The position numbers and the translations under genes are program-made. The notes beneath the pieces are model-generated. The model made no database searches, was not told where the DNA came from, and was given only the letters and a program-made list of their open reading frames with translations. Below are positions 41,590 to 53,182 of a stretch of DNA of 64,000 nucleotides, piece by piece; the stretch's first letter is position 1; every line of letters begins with the position of its first letter. Origin of the DNA: Camelus dromedarius. Taxonomy: Eukaryota. The stretch covers positions 71,302,001 to 71,366,000 of the forward strand of contig NC_087436.1 of NCBI RefSeq assembly GCF_036321535.1, in the 5' to 3' direction.

Positions 41590-41664
41590 ATTCTAGATTT
41601 GGTTTCAGACCTCTCAAGTCCATTTTATTCACTTTTTTTTTCAAAGACCTACAACACCATCACT

Positions 41665-42080
41665 GTCTACGGCAGGCTTCTTGTGTCTGCCTGTCCAGCA
41701 TCTCTTTTTCCTTCCTGTGGTAACCACATCTCATGCCTCTTTGGAGAGCAAGTCCTCTCAATCCATTAATTACCAGGCCAGATTTCAAAGGGTGACCCAG
41801 TCCAAGATGACCTAATTGGGATCTCATTCCTGGGAATGTGAATCTAGAGAAAGGCCATACATGATAATAATGGTTGAAACCCAACTATTCCAATCTCCCT
41901 AGAAACAGATTTTGACTGAGAGTTTGTGAGCTGTCCTGGGTCCTGCCTTTTTGAAACTTGGCTCTTTGGCTTTTCCTTCAACTTCTGTGAGTTACCTAAT
42001 ATACTTCTAGTATTTCGTATTTTTCCACGTTAGTCAATACTATTTCTCTTGCCAACAACAACAACAAACAACTGATAAGG
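41665..42080 (+). mobile_element. Ancient ERVL-class solo LTR (LTR16/LTR33/MLT1 group)
   Basis: 5' 'tgtgtctgcctgtccagcatc...ggtaaccac' and 3' 'ttctgtgagttacctaata...tttctcttgccaacaac...aactgata'. Confidence 0.6.
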
Positions 42081-42730
42081 ATGGGATATGCTGAGAACAC
42101 ACCTTGTTTTGGTCCACTGTTTGTATGGCAGTGTTTCTCAATGAGCATTTAAACCACTATAAAATTCTACTACTTCCTCCCTGAAATCCTTTCAGGATGA
42201 TGGAAAATCAAGAGCCACTCTTGCATTTATTCTACTAGCCTAACATGAAACTCTATGGGCACTTTGTCTATTTTCTTCCTAAGGACTCGATGTCTCTTGT
42301 TATTAATGTCCGATACAGAGTTAAACGCCCTTGTCTCTTGACTTGCACGTTAAATACTTTATTGCCCATCCACAGGGGTCATATAAATAAATGCCCATGA
42401 ATTTATGCTTATTTTTAAAAGCCACATATATCCCTATTCACATCAGGCATATAACTTTTAGCTCAGAGTACACACAAATAACAAACACAATAACATGGAA
42501 ATGCATGATATCATTCCCCATGAAGAATAATATGCACAGTTATATGCCCAATTCAAAAAGTACATCCACGAATTGCAATAAACAAATGTGCACATTATAA
42601 AACACACGTAAGTCTTTAAAGTACAATATGGAAGTTCCCCTGCATAAACAAACCTCACTCACCCTCCACACCTCCTCTCTACTACCAGGCTAAGAATTGG
42701 AGTGTTTGCTTCTGCTCTGTCCCTCAGCAA

Positions 42731-42930
42731 TGACTCATTCGCAGCAACGATTCTGACTAGTCTATAAGCAGACTGAAGGAGAGGGTTAGTACAGATTAGT
42801 TGTTAAAATTTCTCAATAACTCTTGGGCTAAAAAACTGAGTCACTTCTATTTTACTTTTCTAAGATATTTTCCAAGGCAACATTAGAAAACAGTGAGTAT
42901 GGTCCTTTTTCACATGGGGAAGATGAGTCA
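42731..42930. promoter_or_regulatory. AP-1 motif cluster (three exact TGASTCA)
   Basis: TGACTCA 42731-42737, TGAGTCA 42837-42843, TGAGTCA 42924-42930 in apparently unique DNA. Confidence 0.4.
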
Positions 42931-43229
42931 AAAGGGATTTAAGTGATTTTCTGATACCTGAGAAAAATAAGATTTGGGGAAAATATTTTACATTTTTAAA
43001 GAGAAACTTTGAAATACCTAGCTGTCGACCATGAACAGATATATTTCATGATACCAATACATAAGTCACAATCACTTGTGGCTATTTTTTAGTAGATCCT
43101 CTAATAATTACTCTAGGAATGCTATTTTGTCCTTATTTGGGTTAACAAGAACACTCCAAACAAAAAGTATTATGTAATGTTATTTGTTCACCAATTTAAA
43201 TTTGACCCTAAATTAAATCCTTTGGTTTC

Positions 43230-44340
43230 TATAAACATTCTACTCTCGGAGTTTTGTTCCCTTTGCTCAGTCACTTCTGTCTTTTCCTCTGGCTCTTGCT
43301 CTTCTTGCTCTATAAACAGGTATTTTCTGCTCATGTGGAGTCAGGGGGTAATGGGGGAATCTCTGTACCTGCTGCCCAATTTTGCTTTAAACCTAAATTT
43401 GCTTTTTTAAAAAAGCCTATTTAAAAATAGGTATTCTCCAAACCTTTACTTCAGCTCGCCTATCTGGACAACCTCAACTCAACCCACTGGCCCAGCTTCA
43501 GTTATCTCCTTCATGCACAAGTCTTCCAACTCCTGTCCCTGGCCATGTTATCCTCTCCAGAGTTCCCACAACTTCCAGCTGTCTGCTAAACATCTCCATC
43601 TGCACAGCCTGCTCATCTGTGTCTCAGGGAGAATTTATCACATTTTTCTTCCCGTGTTCTTCTGTTTTCCGGATTTCTTTAATCATGCCAGCTTAAAACT
43701 TTCAGCTCATCTTTGATACCCCTAGACACACTCTCTTCTTCTTCTCCATCCATTTTTGTTGCCAAACCATAGAAATCCACTCAGCGATGTCATGAATGTC
43801 TCCCCTTTCACTCTGTCCACAGCTGCTTCTCTGGTTCCTAATCATACTACCTGTTACTGTGTTGTATTGCGTTAGACTATCATAGTTGTTGCACTAGCTT
43901 TCGAACTGCTCTGCATCACATCTACTTCTATGTCGCTTTCTACCATGTAACCTATTTAATTAACTTTCCTGAATACAATTCTGATCGGGACACTCTTGTT
44001 TATTGCCACTCTTTACAATGTTCTATGATGAAGCCAACTAAAGTTTTCACTGCCGTCCTTCCCCATACTTGCTATGTCCATGTCTTTACTTCCATATTCT
44101 CTTCCATATGGACTGGCATCCCCTCTCTTTCTTATTTCTCCATGTTTCACTATTAAATATTCTTTAAGATTCACCTCCCTGAAGTCTTCCTTGACCACAA
44201 GGAGGGAGATGGAAGTAATCATTCTTGTCATTCTGTCCTCTGAATGCCCATCTGTCCATCTCGCCACACCTCTCTCTCTCTCAGTATCTCCACTGCATTT
44301 TCATTAGTATGACAGTTATTTCTGTAACCCCTGTATTACC
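43230..44340 (+). mobile_element. L2 ORF2/3' fragments (degraded)
   Basis: Pyrimidine-rich L2-like motifs 'cctctccagagttcc', 'ctgtctgctaaacatctccatc' and 'cacctccctgaagtcttccttgacc'. Confidence 0.6.
43328..43424 (+). mobile_element. Short old L1 (L1MB-like) 3' end inserted in L2
   Basis: 'gggaatctctgtacct...caattttgctttaaacctaaa...ttaaaaa'; TSD-like aaacaggtattttc (43314-43327) / aaataggtattctc (43425-43438). Confidence 0.75.
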
Positions 44341-45084
44341 AGGCCTTGCCCATCTACAGGTGAAATCAGGTGAGTCTTAATAGTAATAACTTAAATGTCA
44401 CCAATATGGGGTTCCTAGGCCCATGTAAGTCACAAGTATTTCTGGAAGACTCCAAGACACGTTTCCCATATGTCTGTGAACAAGGCTTCTCTCACGGTTT
44501 TTATTTAAATGTCCTCCTATATTTCCATGGAACTCAGACATAAATCTATTGAGAGCTACAGAAATAAAAAAAAATATGAAGAAGAAACATTATTCTATGC
44601 TTAGAATTGTTCCATCCCTCAATGCCCAAGACCAAGTCAAGCTCAGAAGAGCTGAATTCTTCTTCCCTGAGGTAAACTCTCTCTTTCAGGAGGCTCATCA
44701 GATTTTCATGCAATAATTTTCTCCTGGATGTAGCTAACCAGTCTACCAGCTGTGCCCCACACTTTTCCATATTTCTGCCCAAACTCAAACTATAGTCACT
44801 GTTCCTCACCATGCTGTAAATTCTCAAAGACCATGTTTGAATAATCTATATTCTCACCAAAACATTTCATATAGTTTCATATAAACAATCAACCTATAAT
44901 TGCAAAATAAAATAAAATAAATTGTGTAAATTAATGATTATCTGGCAACATTTAAAAATCAATCCAAATATTTATAAACTTTATGTGAAATAATCCAGGC
45001 CCTAAGTAGTTAAGCCTAATTCTATACAGTCAGTGATCAACCTCTCTTACCTATTTTTATATTTTTATATTATTAAACATAATA

Positions 45085-45150
45085 CATATAAAGTACTTAG
45101 CAGAGTGTCTGGCATGTAACCAATACTCAATAAATATTTATTTATATTAT
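45085..45150 (+). mobile_element. MIR/L2 3' tail fragment
   Basis: 'aaagtacttagcagagtgtctggcatgtaa...ctcaataaatatt'. Confidence 0.65.
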
Positions 45151-47866
45151 TCTCATTGTAAAAGTGAGTTTCCTTATAACTGTTCCAAAAACAAATTCTA
45201 CAGAGAAACATCCTCAAAATTGACTAGTTCTTAAACTATATGTGAAAGTATATTGTACATTGCCAAATACTGTGCATTGCCTACTGTTTATGTTGAAGTC
45301 TATCTTTGTCAATAATATCCTCTATTTAAATTGAAGTTATTTATAGCTTTTATTATCTACCTCCATTACTATAATAAAGAGCAATTCTCAGAAAAGTCAA
45401 GCCATAGTAATCACATATGAATGAATGCTTTCAGCAAGCAAACAAAATGATTTCAACAAGTTTCCAAGCTCTTTAACCATAGCATTGCTCTACCTAGATC
45501 TCTAAAATAATGTCAAATACCTAAATTTCTATTTGAGATGGCCCCAAAACTTCCCACTAAAACATGGAGCTTTAAATGACCCCTTAACTAAACAAGGAAA
45601 GAAAGCTCAAGAATTTTAAGTAAAAACATGGGAAACTTCTATAGAAATGAAGCCTAAGTGAGATGGCAGGTTAAACTGCTGGAGCCAATACAATAAAAGA
45701 GACCCCAAAGGAAGGACATTTCACAGTCAAATAGGAAATGGAACATCCTTTCTCCTACACACAAATCCATAATTGGAAAAAAAGACTGGAAACCTTTCCT
45801 CCCACCGTTGACCTTCTGAGTGGGTGCAGTGGGCCAAACTTCACCCTCAACACTCACCACAGATTCTGATCTTTCTAACACCTGGTCCAGTCTGCAAGGT
45901 CACTAAGTAAAATTTACTCCAGCTAGTTTCTCTCCATTCAACTTCCATTTCACTTCCATGAAATTTCCTCTCTCTCAGAACAGGATAAGCAGCATCTCCT
46001 TACGTTGTCCGGGTGCTAATCCTCTGGAGATGACAGAATGCTTGCATGTTGAGGGCACTTCACAGAACACTTAAGGTTGCTTGAGACTCAGAGGCCAGAA
46101 ACAGAAAGGGAAACGAAGTTACCTACAAAGTTGGTGATTCATGCCAGGCACTGTGGTGAGAAAACAGTGATTCTCTAAACTTAAACTGTTCTCCTTCTAA
46201 GTTTAGAATAAAAACAGGATGATTGTACTTATCAAACTAACTTCTAAGTCTCCCACACACAGGTTCAATTCTATTCAATCATTACACCTTGTGTAAGAGC
46301 TTTTTTGGAAACTGGTGTAGAAATGAATCATAACCAAAAAAAAAAGAACAGTCTTCATTCCTGACAATGTTAAAACATTTTTTAAAGTTAAAATCATTAC
46401 AAAAGTTAAAATGTTAATGGTAGACAAAGTTAATAAAAGGAAAAAAGACATACTTAAGACTAAGAGAATGCCAAAGTGAGCTAATTTCCTCACACTCGTA
46501 ATTGTTTAACAGAATTGCTTTAAGTTTTAAAACTATAAAATCCCAACCATAACCCCACAAGATAGAAAGTAATATTTTTCTTACTTTATTTTCAGACAGG
46601 GCTCATATAAAAGTGAATGAGAGAGGATGCTGATGCCTGAATCTAATTACCTAATTTTTAACCTTATAGTCATATACCCAATAATCTCTCATATAACAAA
46701 GAGTAAAGATTTAACTATTGTAAAAGTTGAATACGAAAAGTAAAAAAAATATAGGCGGTGTCTATTCAGTCTATATTTGACACATGCATTAAAGGAAAAA
46801 AACCTTTCCATTTCCAATGAATTTTGAGGCAATTTCTTTATAACTTCATACAGGTAACACAAGCCCAGAGTAATTAGTTGTTTTGTTTCTGAAAAGCAGT
46901 TTCTAGAGTTCTTACCCGTTTACACAATTAACATAAAAAAACACCCTGAGAGTAATATTGTCCTATATGTTTTACAAGTACTTCGTTTTTCAGTACTGTG
47001 AAAGCAAATTAAACCAAACAGTAAAATTGTATGCAAACGTCACTCTCAAATTAAAATGAAATATACAAGAAAACTTATTGTCTACCTTGTGTAAGGTAAC
47101 ATGTGAAGCAATTCTACACATTACACTAAATCTTAATTAAGATTAACTATGAAGAATCTGTATTAAAAGCTTTTAAACAGTCATTTAAATAATTTCATGA
47201 CTCATCCCTGTTGCCTTTGCTAGTTTAAAAAATTTAGAAAATGGCAAAATGCAACCCACTTGAAAGCGATTCACCTGACACTGCATTATGCACTTCCATG
47301 CATAATCTGAACAACAGCTTTAACATACAGCCCGATTATAGTTAGATCACATTAAAAGGCAAAAATAACATGAAAATGTGACTTGCAAATGCAAAGACTA
47401 AGTTGTCTATCAAGTTCAGTTTATTAAGATCAATGTTCGATTTATGAGTAAGGTCTACAATTATTATGACTTGAGTTTAGCCTTTCTGGGAAAAAAAAAA
47501 TCATTTGCCTCTGAAGGTTTAATGTATATTGTTTTCTATTATCAAGAAATGAGAACTATGAGACCTAATAGATTTCCTTTTAAGCTTTAACTGCCAAAAA
47601 CTGTAGAGCAACCTTTACTTCCCAAGTATTTAATCTTGCTCAGGTCACATACTCGGAAAGAGTCCTTTTTAGCTTTCTTCACATGGTCTTGGTTTTGATC
47701 TTTCCTTAAATGCTTAGCTGACATTGTCCTAACATATGATCTCTTTGAGTCCCTTGAAAAGTTAGCAACAGCAGAGACTTCAACAGAAGGAGAGAGGGGA
47801 GAGGGATGGGGAGGGAGAAGGGCAGGCAGGAGGAGGGCGGGACTGTACGCAGGCACCTACACTCAC

Positions 47867-47926
47867 CTGACCCTCAGAACTGCTTCTCTGTGAAAACAGC
47901 CCTGGACTCTCTCTAAATGCATACAT
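47867..47926 (-). other. Possible short upstream exon ending at a perfect splice donor
   Basis: Minus-strand CAG|GTGAGT with the exon ending at 47867; nearby GC box (GGGCGG 47835-47840) and TTTATAAAT near 47942-47950; 5' boundary undefined. Confidence 0.25.
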
Positions 47927-48039
47927 GCTGACAATGTTCCATGATTTATAAAGCAGAGGCAATGATAATCTGTATGAGTAATAAACTATAAAAACCAATC
48001 ATATTTAAAAGAGTAATAATATTTAACTTGATTAAATCC

Positions 48040-48265
48040 CGGGCACAGGACTAAGTGCTCACATGGAAAATGTATTGCTCACAATAACCCATGAAACAGG
48101 TTTTATTATTATTATTAAATTATTATTTATTATTATAGCCACTTTACTAATGAGGAAATGAGACACTTGGGATGGTTTTATGCCTAGGGATGTGGCGAAG
48201 TCAGGACTCACGCTGCTCACCAACTCCAGAGTCTGTGCCCTTAACCTGTACGTGCTCTTCACTGT
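48040..48265 (-). mobile_element. MIR SINE
   Basis: 'cacaataacccatgaaacagg...cactttactaatgaggaaatgagac...ctccagagtctgtgcccttaacc'. Confidence 0.8.
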
Positions 48266-50319
48266 TCTTAAGTAAAATGCCTGTTGTTCGTCTGATATAT
48301 ACATTCTGAAGTACAGAACCGGTATGATACGTCATGAGAACTAGGCATAGGGCAGATAGCTCAAATAAATACTGGAATGGATAGTAATTTTACAACATCA
48401 AACCAAGTATTCGAGCTGAGGAGAAGGAAAAAACTAGAACTGGATAGAACAGGAAGCTGCCCCACGATCTCTCTAAAGTACTCTGGATTCATAACCCAGT
48501 GGTCGACAGGGAAACACTGGAGACAGGAGTAGTGAGACCTGGGTCCCAGGTCTTTCCCTGCTGCTGATTAGAAATGTGATGCTGATTTCATCATCGGACT
48601 TCCTGGGCGTCAGTTCCATCTACAACGATGTGAGTGATCTGTACCTGCAGCTCTCTGACTGAGACCCTGGGAGAACACGCAAGCCTCTATGTTCCTGCCA
48701 GGTGTGCTCACAGCTCCAGGGTGGTCCGCCCTGGGGACGGTCCCTGCTCCACATTATCGACAGTCAAAGCACAAAGTCTCAGGACTCACTCATTTTGAGT
48801 CAGAGTAAACGCTTCTGGGAGATGCCACATCCCTGGGGAAGAATGCTCCATGCTGGACAAGCCCTGGATAAGCACAGGGATCAGATAAAAGGACCAGACG
48901 TAAGGCGCGACCAGATGTCCCTTCCATTAAGAAGTGCCCCACCACTCTGACATAACTTAAGGAAAAACCTTGTCCTCAAAGTTTTCCCTGAAACGCCACC
49001 AATTATTAGAGGGGCATCAGAAGTTAAAAAATAAAGTAAAACACATATACGTCTGCCAAGACAATTAGGATAACTTAGAAAAGAAGCCAATTATTAGCCC
49101 TATCTGGTGTGGGAGAGTTCATCACCTTGACAGAAGTGACACTTTAAGGAACTTATAGGAATAAATCTGCTGATTTTCTTTCGGTCTCATTCTCCAAAGA
49201 AAGAGAAATGGGCAAAGTCAAGATCAGACTTGAGTAAAAGAGTGAAGAGCAGAAAATGTGCAGTCCTTTTCTTTAGTTCATCTCCTTCCTGAAGGTCTAT
49301 TTCCCAGGCACTGCCCAGTTCTCCCCGCCCTTCCTGGCCTATGCTTCATGTTTTCAGTCTTCCTCACTGGTCCTTTCTCCCAGCCCGTCAGTCGCCTCAG
49401 GAGCAAGCCTGCTCAACTGCTAATGTGATTTAATCTAAGTTAGAAACTCACTACTAGAGAGTATGACTCTTGCGTTTTCTAATAGTGAAAATTCCAGGCA
49501 AAATGACTCTGAGTCAGGGCAGGGGTCCCTTAAATCATCCCCCGTGTACCTGTGAATAGCACAAATCAAATCTCCCTGGAGAAAAACACAGGGGCGTGGA
49601 AGGGGAGCAGTGAGGTATCACTAAAGAATTTAAGAATCTGGGATTAGCCAGCACCAGCCTTCTAGGGCTTCACCCCAAGCAGGAAATTGCTGCACTGCTC
49701 CACGGCTTCCCTGCACCGGTGCCCAGGCAGCTGGCCAATTCGCTAACCCCTTCCCTGGCCTCGCACAGACAGCATCGTCCGTGCAACCATGGCCCCACTG
49801 TAACCCTGGCTGGCTTGAAAAAAGTTGGCAGAGGGAGTCCAGGGTGTGCTATTTAAAGCTATAAGCAGCTACTGTGGATGGAGATGAGCTGCTTTAGCGG
49901 CAGAGGATAAGGCCAGACGCAGAAGATTTTCACTTGCCCTAATGAAATTCACACACCTGCTGTGGTTAGGAACCCAAGTTTGATAGACAACAGCCCAATT
50001 CCATTTATTAATTATTAATACTCATCCATCTATCCCAATCAGCAGTTTTTTTCATTGTTAAACTGATATTAAGTCCTTAGATCCAATTTTCAGCCTCAAA
50101 ATATACTAATGAAATATATATTTTTTTACTATCTATATACCTCCCAGATACCCACAAGGTTATATTTTACATAAACATACAGACATACACCATTATATAC
50201 ATAAGTATATGGACAGGAAATACATAAACAAAGAGAGATCCATATGTGTCTATGTTGGAATGCAAGCTGTCCAAGCTATCTGAAATATTAGGAACACCCT
50301 CTGGGAACCAGGACAACAT

Positions 50320-50510
50320 AACAGTCAAAAGTTCAGGTTCTGAATGCAGATACTGGGGTCTTCTATGAGACAGGACACTCAGTTCCCCAGATTCCTAATC
50401 CATAAATGGGAACTGCTGTCAGGATTAAGATAATTCCTGTAAAGGGCAGGTCTGGGTCTGGCACACAATAATCGGTGCTTACAAATTTTTAACTAGTATT
50501 AGTATTAGTA
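50320..50510 (+). mobile_element. MIR SINE
   Basis: 'cagattcctaatccataaatggg...aggattaagataa...ctggcacacaataa'. Confidence 0.65.
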
Positions 50511-50619
50511 AAACACAGATAAAACACCTGTGGTAGCTCAGGAGGACAACAGTGACAGATTAGTTTTCTTCTGAAAGTCAAATTTTATCTTAGTCAACCC
50601 TGGTAACATGACCTTGTGG

Positions 50620-50965
50620 TCTCTGCACCCTTTTACTTCCTAAAATGTGTTCAGCAAGCACCTTATCTAGGGAACTCCTATTCATCCTTAAAAACTCAGC
50701 TTAAATACCGTTTCTGCAGGGAAACTTTCCCCAATCCCGAGCCTAGGTCAGATGAGTTTGTTACTTATTTCATAAAACAATGTCCCTTTTCTTCATAGCA
50801 TTTATGCCAGTTTATCTTTACTCAGTTGGGTGACTTTATAAAAAGTAAAGCCTGTATTTCCCACTTTATCTAAACTCCATGGGGGCAAATACTATGCCTG
50901 TTTTTGTTCACTGTTGCATCCCCAGCACTGAAAGTACACAGTACTCTTGATTGAAAAAATGACTC
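50620..50965 (+). mobile_element. L2 3' fragment
   Basis: 'actcctattcatccttaaaaactcagcttaaata' and 'tttgttcactgttgcatccccagcac'. Confidence 0.75.
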
Positions 50966-51354
50966 AGTCAAGTTCTATCCAGATGTTAATCAATCTATTT
51001 ATTGCTTCCTAAGAAACAGAAAGAGAGAGAACTCACTCACAGGAATATAAAGAATCCTAGGAGTTACTGAGAGACACAAAAGTTGGAAAAACCAATAGTT
51101 GCTTAAAAGAAATCAAACGATCCAAGAAACTGAAGTGTGGCTTTCTGTACTTGGCTTGAGGATCCTTTTTACATTCCATCAAGGAGAAACCAGGAAAAGA
51201 AATAAAAGGTTACAAGGCAGAGTTCTGGATACCAAAGGGAAAGGAAGGAGGGGCTTTCTGAACAGAAGAAGCATTTATTCAACTAAAGTTCATAAAATCT
51301 GAAAGGTGGTAGCAAGCAGATTATAGTACAGCGACAAGGAATTTATGTACTGTG

Positions 51355-51560
51355 TCTTCATTCATTCAGTAACTCATCAGATATTCATTGTGTGCCTACC
51401 ATTATCAGGCATGATGCCTGGTTTTGTGGCTATAGGAGTGAGCATTACTGACACAGTTCCAACTCTCATGGAGTTTCCAGTTTAACAGAGGGAAAGCATT
51501 AAACAAACAATTTATGTGCAATCAGTGCTCAGAAAGAAGAACCATAGGTTGCTATAGTCA
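51355..51560 (-). mobile_element. L2 3' fragment
   Basis: 'ttcattcattcag...tattcattgtgtgcctac...ctctcatggagtttccagttta'. Confidence 0.75.
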
Positions 51561-52508
51561 CAACCTTGACTAGAAAAAGTCAATATATTCATTCTCTTCC
51601 AAGGAATTAGTCCAAAGTATAATATTTTTATAATGTCTCTTTAAAAATCTTATCCTTTTTTTAAGCAACACATTGCCGTGCTGATTTCTATACGTTTCCG
51701 TTGCTTCACAGGAATAAATTAATTAAGAGATGCACTGTACCTCGACTCTGGTGTTGAACTCAAGTGTGGGCTTGCATCAAAATGATATTGTCCCTTCACT
51801 GGCTCATATGTAAAAGAAGAAGATATGGAGAATGAGAAGGGGAAAAAAAAGCTTACTTGTGAAACCACAGCATTAAAACACTATTCAGGAGGATGGAATT
51901 GATTTACACGAAACTTTAGGAACCTTAAAACTTTCAAGTTCATAGCACTCCCTTTGTGTGTGAAAGTTACACACTGGGAAATCTAAACACATCAAGGAAG
52001 GTCTATAATTCACCTTTCAAAAGTGGTAATCAATTCCCGATGCCAATATTCACACCATTCAGTTTGTCAATAATGATTTGCTGAGCAAACACTGTGTGCC
52101 AAGCATTGTGGCACAAGACCCAGAAGAAAGAGTCCTTGTCCTCAGTAGAGAGAGCCCTCAACAATAAATGTAAAAAACAAATTCAAGATAAATTTTAGAT
52201 GCCAATAATGGCTACAAGTAAGATTGAAAACACTACCATAGTGTAAAGTGATCAAGGTTTCTGTTTCAGCTAGAAGGCCAAAAAAGTCCTCTTTGAGGAA
52301 ATGGAATTTAAGTTAACACCCAAATGATGAGTAGGACTCTCTATTTAACGATCTAGAAAAGAATGTTCTGAGACAAAAAAACAACATTTCCAAAGGGCTA
52401 GAGACAGAAAAAATTTGGATTTGAAAGACAAAGGACGACCAGAGGGGCTGAACGTAGAGAACAAGGGAATGATATCAGAGAAAAATGCCAAGACCAGATC
52501 TTGCAGAA

Positions 52509-52665
52509 CAGTGGTTCTCCAAACGTAGGGTCACCTGGGAACTTGCTAGGAATGCAAATTTTCAGGCTCCTCTGCAGATCTACTGAAACAGAAACCCTCA
52601 TGTGGCACCTAGAAATCTATGTTTTAACAAGCCCTCTCATGCCCACTAAGGTTAAAGGCCTCCTG
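52509..52665. mobile_element. MER5A MITE
   Basis: 'cagtggttctc...cacctgggaacttgctaggaatgcaaatt...gttttaacaagccct'. Confidence 0.85.
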
Positions 52666-52672
52666 GATAGAA

Positions 52673-53182
52673 CAATGATTCTCAACTCAAGTTGCACATT
52701 AGAAACATCTAGATAAATACAAAACAGAAACAGACTCATAGACATAGAATACAAACTTGCAGTTGCCAAGGGGGATGGGGGTGTGAAAGGATAGACTGTA
52801 GTCCAGAATTTGTAGATACCGAAAGGCATATGTAGAATAGATAAACAAGATTATACTGTATAGCACAGGGAAATATATACAAGATCTTGTGGTAGCTCAC
52901 AGAGAAAAAAAATGTGACAATGAATATATGTATGTTCATGTATAACTGAAAAATTGTGCTCCACACTGGAGTTTGACACAACATTGTAAAATGACTATAA
53001 CTCAATAAAAAAATGTTTAAAAAAAAAAAGAAAAGAAACATCTAGAGCAGTATTTAGTCTACTTATGCTGAGCTTTACTCCAAACTAAATGAATCTATAT
53101 TGCTGGGGCTGGGGTTTCGGCATCTATATTTTTTTAAAAGCTCTTTAGGTGATTATGAGACACAGTGCTTATTAGAACTACG
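52673..53182. mobile_element. MER5A/B MITE split by an L1
   Basis: 'caatgattctcaac...tgcacattagaa' and 'ggcatctatatttttt...aagctctttaggtgatt...agaactacg'. Confidence 0.65.
52714..53033 (+). mobile_element. Young camelid-type L1 3' UTR fragment with 13-bp TSD
   Basis: Highly similar to 15841-16145; exact TSD agaaacatctaga at 52701-52713 and 53034-53046, preceded by TT (L1 endonuclease-type site). Confidence 0.95.
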
